DNA from: Escherichia coli
Lineage (GTDB): Bacteria; Pseudomonadota; Gammaproteobacteria; Enterobacterales; Enterobacteriaceae
DNA length: 64,000 nt
Strand: one strand, 5' to 3'
Assembly (NCBI RefSeq): GCF_030013205.1
Contig: NZ_CP122648.1
Shown: in pieces, positions 54,347-64,000 of the stretch
Layout: each line of letters starts with the position of its first letter
Numbering within the stretch: position 1 is the stretch's first letter
Notes under the pieces: model-generated
Databases searched by the model: none
What the model saw: only the letters and a program-made list of their open reading frames with translations
Told to the model about the DNA's origin: nothing
Program-made: the position numbers and the translations under genes

Positions 54347-54608
54347 GCAGTAGACGATACCAGGTTGTTTTGGGCACTGACATATTATATGTGGGATGTT
54401 TTCCTGAATCTTTATCCACATCCTGTTCTGTAATACGTGATATCGGTTACAGTCCAGTGCTGTCTTTTTACAACAGCGTAATGGTGCATTATCGGTGGAG
54501 ATGTTGTATTTCCTGACAGGGCCGGTGATGCATCATTCCGATGTTGTTAACATCTATAAAAAACGTTGAGATTAATCACGTATTAAGCAAAACCTGGAAA
54601 TTCATCTT

Positions 54609-54635
54609 AACCGCCGTACCAGGCGGTTTTTTTTA
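54609..54635 (+). terminator. rho-independent terminator in the tRNA-to-lysis spacer
   Basis: ccgccgtaccaggcgg followed by TTTTTTTT; a second hairpin gggccgctggtggccc plus T-run lies at ~54762-54786. Confidence 0.55.
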
Positions 54636-54804
54636 TTCAGTTTCTTCATGGCTCGCTACTGCGGGCCTTTTTCATTTCTTCGCCCTGCTCAGCGTATGTC
54701 AAATCTGAATACACCACACAAAAGGTATCTGCGGGTGCCTTTGACGGGGTGTTGTTTTTTACGGGCCGCTGGTGGCCCTTTTTTATTTACAGGAGAAAAA
54801 AAGT

Positions 54805-55197
54805 ATGTCTGAACCCTTATCCGGTTCCGGCACGGCGGCTGCGCTCGGAGGGGCGACGGTATTCGGGCTGTTCACCGGAACGGATTTCGGGATTGTGTTT
54901 GGTGCGTTCGCGGGGGCGTTGTTTGTGGCAACGATGCCGCAGGCGCTTTCTGTCTGGCGGGTGGCGGCGCATTTTCTGGTGTCGTTTATTATCGGCGTAC
55001 TGGGGGCGGATGTGATGGCGTCTTATCTGGTCGAAAAACTGGGGCTTCACAGTAAATCTGTCGACGCGCTGTGTGCAGTGCTGGTGTCTGTGGTGTCGGT
55101 GAAGATTCTGTCGTTCATCCACCAGCAGGATATCGCATCGCTGGTGTCAGGACTGTTCTCCCGCCTGCGAGGCGGAGGAGGCGGTAATGTTAAGTAA
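54805..55197 (+). CDS. putative holin / lysis membrane protein
   Basis: ORF 54772-55197; start ATG 54805 after AGGAG; Gly/Ala-rich TM segments; first gene of the lysis cluster. Confidence 0.5.
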   Translation: MSEPLSGSGTAAALGGATVFGLFTGTDFGIVFGAFAGALFVATMPQALSVWRVAAHFLVSFIIGVLGADVMASYLVEKLGLHSKSVDALCAVLVSVVSVKILSFIHQQDIASLVSGLFSRLRGGGGGNVK

Positions 55198-55462
55198 CCT
55201 TCCCGGATTACTGAATGTGGCGTTATGCACGGTTATCGTGCTGACGCTCTTTTTTTATCGTCGTCGCGATTCCAGGCATAAACCGCTGATGTCATGGCTG
55301 GCCTGGCTGCTGATGCTGCTGTATGCCTTTGCGCCCCTCAGCTATCTGTGTGGTCGCCCGTTAGCAACGGGCTGGCTGGATGTGTTTTTTAATCTGCTGT
55401 TCTGCGTGCTGGTGATACGCGCACGCGGGAGCGTCACAAGAATCTTTCCATTGTTGAGGTGA
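55187..55462 (+). CDS. small lysis-cassette membrane protein
   Basis: 91 aa hydrophobic ORF overlapping both neighbours. Confidence 0.4.
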   Translation: MLSNLPGLLNVALCTVIVLTLFFYRRRDSRHKPLMSWLAWLLMLLYAFAPLSYLCGRPLATGWLDVFFNLLFCVLVIRARGSVTRIFPLLR

Positions 55463-55842
55463 ATATGTCGGGTAAATTCAGATTCAGCCGCCGGAGCGAG
55501 AAAAATCTGGAAGGCGTCAAACCACAGCTGGTTGCTGTAGTTCGCCGCGCCCTTGAACTGTCGGAGGTTGATTTCGGTATTACGGAGGGCCTGCGCACGA
55601 AAGAACGCCAGAAACAGCTGGTTGCAGAAGGTAAGAGCCAGACCATGAACAGCCGCCACCTGACCGGTGATGCGGTGGATGTTGTGGCCTGGGTTGGCAG
55701 CCAGGTGTCATGGGACTGGCCTCTGTACGAGAAAATCGCGCAGGCATTTAAGCAGGCTGCCGCAGAGCTGGGAACTGCCATCGAATGGGGCGGGGACTGC
55801 AAAACGCTGAAAGACGGACCTCACTTTCAGTTGAAGCGCTGA
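55459..55842 (+). CDS. endolysin, peptidase M15 (VanY-like) family
   Basis: 127 aa with SRHLTGDAVDV...DGPHFQL metallopeptidase motifs. Confidence 0.75.
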   Translation: MNMSGKFRFSRRSEKNLEGVKPQLVAVVRRALELSEVDFGITEGLRTKERQKQLVAEGKSQTMNSRHLTGDAVDVVAWVGSQVSWDWPLYEKIAQAFKQAAAELGTAIEWGGDCKTLKDGPHFQLKR

Positions 55843-55856
55843 TAATCAGGTGTGTT

Positions 55857-56039
55857 ATGAGCAGAAAACACTGGACACACAGAATGCCGCGAACGGCGGC
55901 GAAATGGGCACTGGTAGCGATACTGGTGCCTTTTTTATTGGCGGGATGCGTCAGCCTGGATAGGGCGCGTCAGCTTTTGGATGCTGCCTCTCAGGTCTGT
56001 GAAATTGTCAATGGTGTCCGGCAGTGTATGCAGAACTGA
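55857..56039 (+). CDS. lipoprotein spanin-like (Rz1/o-spanin-like)
   Basis: Start at MSRKHWTHRM...; signal peptide with lipobox LLAGC; follows the endolysin. Confidence 0.5.
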   Translation: MSRKHWTHRMPRTAAKWALVAILVPFLLAGCVSLDRARQLLDAASQVCEIVNGVRQCMQN

Positions 56040-56080
56040 ACGACGGTGAGAGCAGAATATTTTTAGTGGAGCGAAGTTCT

Positions 56081-56431
56081 ATGCCATCACGAATCCCACG
56101 CGCCTGCCGTAAGCGTGGATGTGCAGGTACAACCACAGACAGTTCTGGTTACTGCGATAAACATCGTGGCGAAGGATGGGTACAGCATCAACGCGGACTG
56201 AGCCGCCACCAGCGTGGCTATGGCTCGAAATGGGATACCATACGTGCGCGCATACTGAAGCGTGATAATCATCTGTGTCAGAACTGCCTGCGCAATGGGA
56301 GAGCCGTTGAAGCCAGAACTGTGGACCACATCATTCCGAAAGCTCATGGTGGCACGGATGCAGACAGTAACCTGCAGAGTCTGTGCTGGTCCTGTCATAA
56401 AGCAAAAACAGCGCGCGAACGCATCAATTGA
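56081..56431 (+). CDS. HNH endonuclease (terminase-associated)
   Basis: CxxC...DHIIPKAHGG...N...CWSCHKAK motifs; immediately upstream of the terminase small subunit. Confidence 0.75.
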   Translation: MPSRIPRACRKRGCAGTTTDSSGYCDKHRGEGWVQHQRGLSRHQRGYGSKWDTIRARILKRDNHLCQNCLRNGRAVEARTVDHIIPKAHGGTDADSNLQSLCWSCHKAKTARERIN

Positions 56432-56578
56432 TAATAGTTCCCATCTGTAGGGGAGGGGCGGGTCAAATCTCTGCAACCCTGGCTGCTCAGTACCGCCGCC
56501 TGACCTTTCCTCGCATCGCCGCAGGTTCGAAAACTTTTTTTTGGAATGTGATTAAATGATTGATAGGTAAAACCGATT

Positions 56579-57061
56579 ATGTCAGGCCCCCCGAAAACCC
56601 CGCCACGCCTGCATTTGATACGAGGCAACCCCTCAAAACGTCCCGTTAAAGACCCCAAAAAAACCGCTAAAAAGGACGAAAAAGGTCTTCCTAAAATTCC
56701 GCAACATTTAGGGGCGCAGGGGAAGTACTGGTTCAGGCGAATGGCGGAAGAGTTGAATGCGGAAGGGATCATTTCTCAGCTCGATGCACGTGCGCTCGAG
56801 TTACTGGTGGAAGCCTACACCGAATACCGGCATCACTGCGAAATACTCGATGTTGAGGGTTATACCTACCGCACGGAAACGCAGAATGGCGATGTGCTGA
56901 TCAAGGCACACCCGGCTGCTGCGATGAAGGCTGATGCCTGGAAGCGAATCCGGGCGATGCTTGCAGAGTTTGGTATGTCACCGGCAAGCCGGGCGAAAGT
57001 AAATACCGCCGGACCGGATGATGTTGATCCGCTGGCAGAGCTTTTAAAAGCGAGAGACTGA
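56579..57061 (+). CDS. terminase small subunit (P27-like)
   Basis: 160 aa; stop overlaps the large-subunit start. Confidence 0.7.
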   Translation: MSGPPKTPPRLHLIRGNPSKRPVKDPKKTAKKDEKGLPKIPQHLGAQGKYWFRRMAEELNAEGIISQLDARALELLVEAYTEYRHHCEILDVEGYTYRTETQNGDVLIKAHPAAAMKADAWKRIRAMLAEFGMSPASRAKVNTAGPDDVDPLAELLKARD

Positions 57062-58797
57062 TGGCAAAAGTGGCTGACGGGATCCGCTACGCCGAACGTG
57101 TTGTTGCAGGAGAAATTGTTGCTGGCGAATTTGTCCGTCTGGCCTGCCAGCGTTTTCTTGATGATCTGAAGTACGGCGAAGAGCGGGGGATTTATTTCAG
57201 TGAACCCCGTGCACAGCACATCCTGAATTTCTACAAATTTGTACCCCATGTGAAAGGGGCGCTGGCAGGTCAGCCCATTGAGTTGATGGACTGGCATGTG
57301 TTTATCCTCATTAATATTTTTGGTTTTGTCATTCCGCTGGTGAATGAAGAAACCGGGGAAGTTGTCATGCGCAGCGATGGCAGTGGATGCCCGGTGATGG
57401 TGCGCCGGTTCCGGACAGCATACAACGAAGTTGCCCGTAAAAACGCAAAATCAACCCTGTCATCGGGTATCGGTCTGTATATGACGGGGGCAGATGGTGA
57501 AGGCGGGGCTGAGGTGTATTCAGCCGCAACCACGCGTGACCAGGCCAGAATCGTGTTTGAAGACGCCAAAAATATGGTCAGAAAAGCCCGGTCGACACTC
57601 GGGCGATTGTTTGATTTCAACAAGCTGGCGATCTACCAGGAGCAGAGCGCATCAAAATTTGAACCCCTTTCCTCGGATGCAAACAACCTGGACGGTCTGA
57701 ACATCCACTGCGCCATTATTGATGAGCTGCATGCACATAAAACCCGCGACGTGTGGGACGTTCTGGAAACGGCAACCGGTGCCCGTCTGCAGTCCCTGTT
57801 ATTTGGTATCACCACGGCGGGCTTTAACAAGGAAGGGATTTGTTACGAGCAACGCGATTACGCCATCAAGGTATTGCGAGGCTATAACAGCGACGTGGAG
57901 GGCGCGGTAAAAGACGACTCCTACTTTGCAATTATTTACACGCTCGATGAGGGAGATGATCCGTTTGATGAAACGGTCTGGCAGAAAGCGAATCCCGGCC
58001 TGGGCATCTGTAAACGCTGGGATGATCTGCGTCGTCTGGCGAAAAAGGCGAAGGAGCAGGTCTCGGCGCGGGTGAATTTTTTCACGAAACACATGAATGT
58101 GTGGGTCACTGCCGAATCTGCCTGGATGGACATGATTAAGTGGGAGAAGTGCGAATACATTGCTCCACAGCATGAGCTGAAAACATATCCCATGTGGGTC
58201 GGCGTCGACCTTGCTCATAAGATTGATATCTGTGCGGCGGCAAAACTCTGGCGAACCGATAACGGGCATGTTCATGCCGATTTTAAATTCTGGCTTCCGG
58301 AAGGACGGCTGGAACGATGCTCGCGGCAGCAGGCAGAACTTTACCGGAAGTGGGCAGAGATGGGGAAGCTCATCCTGACGGATGGTGATGTTATCGATCA
58401 TGCTCAGATAAAAAGTGACTTACTGGAATGGATTGGCGGTGAAAACCTCAGGGAACTGGGATTTGACCCGTGGAGCGCAATGCAGTTCAGTCTGGCGCTG
58501 GCTGAAGAAGGGATACCGCTGGTGGAAGTTCCGCAGACGGTCCGCAATCTGTCAGAGGCTATGAAGGAAACGGAATCACTGGTTTATGCCGGACGTTTCC
58601 ACCACAGCAATCATCCGGTCATGAACTGGATGATGTCTAACGTTACGGTAAAACCGGACAAAAACGACAATATCTTCCCGAATAAATCCACGCCGGAAGC
58701 CAAAATCGACGGCCCTGTTGCGATGTTTACAGCAATGAGCCGGATGCTGGTCAATGGCGGTGAACTGAAGTTGCGTAGAGAAGTGGTCAATAATTGA
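57061..58797 (+). CDS. terminase large subunit
   Basis: 578 aa, ATPase plus nuclease layout; last phage gene before the host junction. Confidence 0.8.
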   Translation: MAKVADGIRYAERVVAGEIVAGEFVRLACQRFLDDLKYGEERGIYFSEPRAQHILNFYKFVPHVKGALAGQPIELMDWHVFILINIFGFVIPLVNEETGEVVMRSDGSGCPVMVRRFRTAYNEVARKNAKSTLSSGIGLYMTGADGEGGAEVYSAATTRDQARIVFEDAKNMVRKARSTLGRLFDFNKLAIYQEQSASKFEPLSSDANNLDGLNIHCAIIDELHAHKTRDVWDVLETATGARLQSLLFGITTAGFNKEGICYEQRDYAIKVLRGYNSDVEGAVKDDSYFAIIYTLDEGDDPFDETVWQKANPGLGICKRWDDLRRLAKKAKEQVSARVNFFTKHMNVWVTAESAWMDMIKWEKCEYIAPQHELKTYPMWVGVDLAHKIDICAAAKLWRTDNGHVHADFKFWLPEGRLERCSRQQAELYRKWAEMGKLILTDGDVIDHAQIKSDLLEWIGGENLRELGFDPWSAMQFSLALAEEGIPLVEVPQTVRNLSEAMKETESLVYAGRFHHSNHPVMNWMMSNVTVKPDKNDNIFPNKSTPEAKIDGPVAMFTAMSRMLVNGGELKLRREVVNN

Positions 58798-59183
58798 GCA
58801 AAAAAAGGAACGCGGCCGTCAGATTAAAGCCGCGGGACAAAGTCCATAATTTCCAAGAGTTGTTGAATTTCCCAGCTTTTTTGAAAGCCTTTGTATCATA
58901 CTAACAAGTAAAAAAGGTTTAAATACCAAAATTAACCTATATTTCTGGTTAGCTTTACCATGACAGATGACTTGCTCCTGGAGACATTGGCGCAGCCAGT
59001 CTGTATTGGTGAGTTGTGTATTTATTGTTCGCCGTTTTCTCAGTTTTTTTCTACAGACATAATAAAAAAGACACGTCTCAAGCATGAGCGTGTCTGAGTT
59101 TGTTTTATTTATTTGTCTTGGTAAATTATTGTCGTTACTACCAGGCACTGTTCTGTTAAATAATTGAAGTCAGCGCAAAAAAA

Positions 59184-59834
59184 TCAATGAGACATCATTT
59201 CCTCGACCACTTCTTCGCTACTCAACTGATAGGGATAATACGTTGGCCAGTTTTCCATTTCATTTAATAAAGATTGCTGTGAATCATTACCCATAAAAAT
59301 GTGAAAATGAGATGATTTTCGTGGTGCAATTATATGATCGCTAAATTGTATATATTTAGGGGCTTTGCTTTCAGGATCTTTACATTCGAATAAGTAACGA
59401 ACGCCTTTCTTGCCTGATTTATAGGTGAGTATTTTGTATCCATCGTAATCATATTTACAGGATGTTGTTTCATTATTTCTATGGAATTCAACAATGCCGT
59501 CCTCAATGCCAATCATCTCGATATCTGTTGCATAACCTTTGTGATAATAATCTTTAATTTCAGCAAATGTTTTAGTTTTATCTGCATCCGCTTTCTTCTG
59601 AAAGACGGGGTCAAGTTTGCCACTTTGCAGTAAAGGATAAACGGATTGCCAGACTCCATCCCAGTCACTTAGCGTTCGGTTTTGTACATTGGCATCATCA
59701 AAAACACCATTAGCAGCTTTTTGTTCGACCTCTGTTAAGGGTTTGCCGTGTGAGTGATGACCATGCGAAAAGGCAGGAGCGCTAACAATAAAGACACCTA
59801 AAGCAACAGCCAGTTTATGAAGACGAATCGCCAA
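59184..59834 (-). CDS. zinT: zinc/cadmium-binding periplasmic protein ZinT (YodA)
   Basis: 216 aa with signal peptide and HGHHSHG metal-binding N-terminus. Confidence 0.9.
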   Translation of the reverse strand: MAIRLHKLAVALGVFIVSAPAFSHGHHSHGKPLTEVEQKAANGVFDDANVQNRTLSDWDGVWQSVYPLLQSGKLDPVFQKKADADKTKTFAEIKDYYHKGYATDIEMIGIEDGIVEFHRNNETTSCKYDYDGYKILTYKSGKKGVRYLFECKDPESKAPKYIQFSDHIIAPRKSSHFHIFMGNDSQQSLLNEMENWPTYYPYQLSSEEVVEEMMSH

Positions 59835-59865
59835 AACAGTTTCCTCCAGAGTTAATGTATATGAT

Positions 59866-59889
59866 GTGTAATGTTATATTGTAACATAT
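59866..59889. promoter_or_regulatory. putative Zur box in the zinT promoter
   Basis: AT-rich imperfect palindrome gtgtaatgttatattgtaacatat just upstream of zinT. Confidence 0.4.
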
Positions 59890-60023
59890 AACAAAATGCA
59901 ACAACTCTTAGGAGACAAGAGAATAGTTCTCTCAGGTGTGCTTAGCTATCTTATTGAAATAACATAAATTATGTTGGTAATTTGAGGTTGATGACAAACG
60001 AAACATAACCTAATGCGATCTGT

Positions 60024-60060
60024 GTATGCCGGATAGGGCGCTCGCGCCGCATCCGGCAGG
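60024..60060. repeat. REP (repetitive extragenic palindrome) element
   Basis: gccggatagggcgctcgcgccgcatccggc palindrome. Confidence 0.6.
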
Positions 60061-60090
60061 GATAACGCGTACGTTGTCGGCAATATGAAG

Positions 60091-60726
60091 TTATAGAGAT
60101 AATTTGTTGTGAACCTGCTTGCGTAACCGGTTGAAAAAGGAAAGCAACTTCTTATACCGTAAGACTAAAAGCAGTACAGCCAGCCCAGCGTAGATGAGTG
60201 GCTGCGGTGAAATAATCTTCACTGACCACAGATAATGTATTGGGGCCAGGATCGCGACAAGATAGACGAAATTATGCAACTGTTGCCAGTGCTTGCCGAG
60301 TTTTCGCTGCATCGCCTGGGTTGAAGTAAACGCTAAAGCAAGCAAAATAACCCAGCTGATAATTCCTAACGTTAAATAAGGCCGGGTTATTAACTCCTTG
60401 CCTAGTAACGCCAGATTATTCACGCCCAGCTCCAGCAATGCGTAACTGGTTAAATGCAGTGTCGCCCAGGCAAAGCACCATAAGCCTAACAGGCGGCGAG
60501 TGCGTATCAATAACGGCTGTTTTGCGTAGCGTGCCAGAGGTGTGATTAACAAGGTCGCCAGCAAAAATTTCAGTGCAGTGCGACCAGTAAAATGCTGAAT
60601 ATCTTTCACCGGATCGGCACCCAATCCACCGTGATTGATCGCCCAGACCAGCCAGAGAAACGGCAACAATCCGGCAAGATGCAGGCAAACTTTCATCCAT
60701 GTCACCTGTTTTGCTGTCAGACGCAT
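60091..60726 (-). CDS. msrQ: methionine sulfoxide reductase heme-binding subunit MsrQ (YedZ)
   Basis: 211 aa membrane protein, start overlaps msrP stop. Confidence 0.85.
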   Translation of the reverse strand: MRLTAKQVTWMKVCLHLAGLLPFLWLVWAINHGGLGADPVKDIQHFTGRTALKFLLATLLITPLARYAKQPLLIRTRRLLGLWCFAWATLHLTSYALLELGVNNLALLGKELITRPYLTLGIISWVILLALAFTSTQAMQRKLGKHWQQLHNFVYLVAILAPIHYLWSVKIISPQPLIYAGLAVLLLVLRYKKLLSFFNRLRKQVHNKLSL

Positions 60727-61737
<1,011 letters not shown>

Positions 61738-61839
61738 TCACACTTTTTTGTCGTTAGCCAGCAAGAGCCGTTTACTGTTAATCTGTCAGGGAGTGTCCTC
61801 CCTAACAGTAGCAGAGATCTGCTTTTACATATTTATGCA

Positions 61840-62253
61840 TTAACTGCCACGATAGGTTGAATACCCATATTGGCTAAGTAATAAAGGCACATGATAATGC
61901 TCGTTCACTTTATTAATATGAAATTCAACGGGGATCTCAGGGAAGAAACTTTCAAGATTTTGTTTCTTGAAATAGTCCCCGGTTTTAAATACGACACGGT
62001 AATCGCCCGTAGTCGCAGTTTGCTCGGGCCACAGTGCCTTAATTCGTCCATCCTTATCTGTTTTGGCGGTATTAAGTTGTAACCAGCCGTTATCCGCTTT
62101 CTTTTCAAGAGTGACTGTCACGTCGGCAGCGGGTTTTCCTGTTTGCTGGTTCAAAATGTGCACGCTAAGAATGTTTTGTTGTGCAGCATAGACCAAAGAA
62201 GGTAATGAAAATGCAGCCGTTACTACGGAGAGTACTAAATAACGCTTTAACAT
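61840..62253 (-). CDS. hiuH: 5-hydroxyisourate hydrolase (transthyretin-like)
   Basis: 137 aa with signal peptide and C-terminal YRGS. Confidence 0.85.
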   Translation of the reverse strand: MLKRYLVLSVVTAAFSLPSLVYAAQQNILSVHILNQQTGKPAADVTVTLEKKADNGWLQLNTAKTDKDGRIKALWPEQTATTGDYRVVFKTGDYFKKQNLESFFPEIPVEFHINKVNEHYHVPLLLSQYGYSTYRGS

Positions 62254-62385
62254 GTTTATATCCTTGTCATGTGAATGAGTTTTGAGGATAGCGAAAAAAC
62301 GTCCAGGGTAACCTTACAGCAGCATTACAATTTTGTAATGAACCAGGCTGTTTCTATAACATATGATTTATGGCATATTATTTTC

Positions 62386-63057
62386 ATGAAGATTCTACTT
62401 ATTGAAGATAATCAAAGGACCCAGGAATGGGTAACGCAGGGGCTTTCCGAAGCGGGTTATGTCATTGATGCCGTTTCTGATGGCAGAGATGGGCTTTATC
62501 TTGCGCTTAAGGATGATTATGCATTGATCATTCTGGATATTATGCTTCCGGGTATGGATGGCTGGCAGATCTTACAAACGTTAAGAACGGCAAAGCAAAC
62601 TCCTGTTATTTGCCTTACTGCAAGAGATTCTGTCGATGACAGAGTCAGAGGGCTGGACAGTGGGGCAAATGATTATCTGGTAAAACCTTTTTCATTTTCT
62701 GAGTTGCTGGCAAGGGTTCGGGCACAATTAAGGCAACATCACGCTTTGAATTCAACATTAGAAATCAGTGGCTTAAGAATGGACTCTGTTAGTCAAAGTG
62801 TGAGCAGGGACAATATCAGTATTACACTGACGCGCAAGGAGTTTCAGTTACTTTGGCTACTGGCCTCCAGAGCTGGCGAGATTATCCCCAGAACGGTTAT
62901 TGCGAGTGAAATTTGGGGAATCAACTTTGATAGTGATACCAATACGGTGGACGTCGCCATTCGCAGGCTCCGCGCAAAAGTTGATGATCCTTTTCCTGAA
63001 AAGCTAATCGCCACAATCCGGGGGATGGGCTATTCATTCGTAGCGGTAAAAAAATAA
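62386..63057 (+). CDS. hprR: two-component response regulator HprR (YedW)
   Basis: ORF 62275-63057; start at MKILLIEDN; OmpR-family receiver plus winged helix. Confidence 0.85.
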   Translation: MKILLIEDNQRTQEWVTQGLSEAGYVIDAVSDGRDGLYLALKDDYALIILDIMLPGMDGWQILQTLRTAKQTPVICLTARDSVDDRVRGLDSGANDYLVKPFSFSELLARVRAQLRQHHALNSTLEISGLRMDSVSQSVSRDNISITLTRKEFQLLWLLASRAGEIIPRTVIASEIWGINFDSDTNTVDVAIRRLRAKVDDPFPEKLIATIRGMGYSFVAVKK

Positions 63058-64000
63058 TGAAAAGATTATCTATAACCGTCCGTTTAACCTTGCTTTTTAT
63101 ATTGGTGCTGTCTGTTGCTGGCGCTGGAATTGTCTGGACTCTCTATAATGGCCTGGCAAGTGAGTTGAAATGGCGCGATGATACAACACTCATTAACCGG
63201 ACAGCGCAGATCAAGCAGTTGTTAATTGATGGGGTAAATCCAGATACGTTACCTGTGTACTTTAACCGGATGATGGATGTTAGTCAGGATATCTTGATCA
63301 TTCATGGTGATAGCATCAACAAAATTGTTAACCGGACGAATGTCAGTGATGACATGTTAAATAACATACCTGCTACTGAGACAATCAGCGCAGCTGGCAT
63401 TTACAGAAGCATTATTAATGATACAGAGATAGATGCTTTACGAATTAATATTGATGAAGTTTCGCCATCATTAACGGTTACTGTGGCTAAATTGGCTTCA
63501 GCCAGACATAACATGCTTGAACAGTATAAAATTAATAGCATTATAATTTGCATTGTCGCCATTATACTTTGCTCAGTATTAAGTCCGCTGTTAATCAGAA
63601 CGGGGTTACGAGAGATCAAAAAGTTGAGTGGTGTAACGGAAGCGCTGAATTATAACGATAACCGGGAGCCTGTTGAGGTTAGCGCATTACCGAGAGAACT
63701 AAAACCTCTTGGGCAGGCGTTGAATAAAATGCACCAAGCCTTAGTCAAAGATTTTGAACGCCTAAGTCAATTTGCTGACGATCTCGCTCATGAACTTAGA
63801 ACGCCAATTAATGCATTACTGGGTCAGAATCAGGTTACGCTCAGTCAAACCAGAAGTATCGCTGAATATCAAAAAACAATTGCCGGAAACATTGAAGAGC
63901 TGGAAAATATTTCGCGGTTAACAGAGAACATACTGTTTCTTGCCAGGGCAGATAAAAATAATGTTTTGGTGAAACTGGACTCGCTTTCTCTCAATAAGGA
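63058..64000 (+). CDS. hprS: sensor histidine kinase HprS (YedV), N-terminal part (runs off window end)
   Basis: Starts MKRLSITVRLTLLFILVLSVAGAG...; H-box LAHELRTPINAL at ~63790; no stop before 64000. Confidence 0.8.

Noticed and set aside
58819-59148. 109 aa minus-strand ORF at the prophage/zinT junction
   Set aside because: Spans the junction and the zinT terminator hairpin, with no ribosome-binding site or recognisable domain.

Overview
This window reads as an Escherichia/Shigella-type chromosome segment running pdu operon -> pocR -> cob remnant (cobUST) -> ldtA -> nac/cbl -> yeeO -> yeeN/amn/shiA -> yeeL/yeeJ -> mtfA -> serU -> zinT -> msrQP/hiuH/hprRS, interrupted by three accessory blocks. 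(1) A ~10.5 kb decayed island inserted at tRNA-Asn (asnW), bounded by a direct repeat of the tRNA 3' end, carrying a frameshifted P4-type integrase, an unexplained tandem-repeat/palindrome region, several broken genes and an Rhs polymorphic toxin with AT-rich C-terminal tip and adjacent putative immunity gene. (2) Two IS1 copies, each with its own target-site duplication, one splitting yeeL and one inside the prophage. (3) A ~20 kb defective lambdoid (Qin/Rac-like) prophage at tRNA-Ser (serU) with int/xis, exonuclease, dicB/DicF, repressor/cro, replication, nin-like genes, rusA, Q, an AraC-family moron, four tRNA-like genes, a lysis cassette, HNH and terminase, but no head or tail genes. Host genes shiA, yeeJ and yeeL appear pseudogenized. 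The strongest candidate for something undescribed is an AT-rich, reverse-oriented gene inside the prophage (48984-49793) with an N-terminal HNH nuclease motif and an unassignable C-terminal domain, a possible single-gene anti-phage defense cargo. The Rhs toxin tip with a caspase-like His...Cys arrangement and an in-frame TGA is the second. All calls come from reading the sequence and recalled family knowledge; no database search was run, and coordinates of non-ORF features may be off by a few bases.
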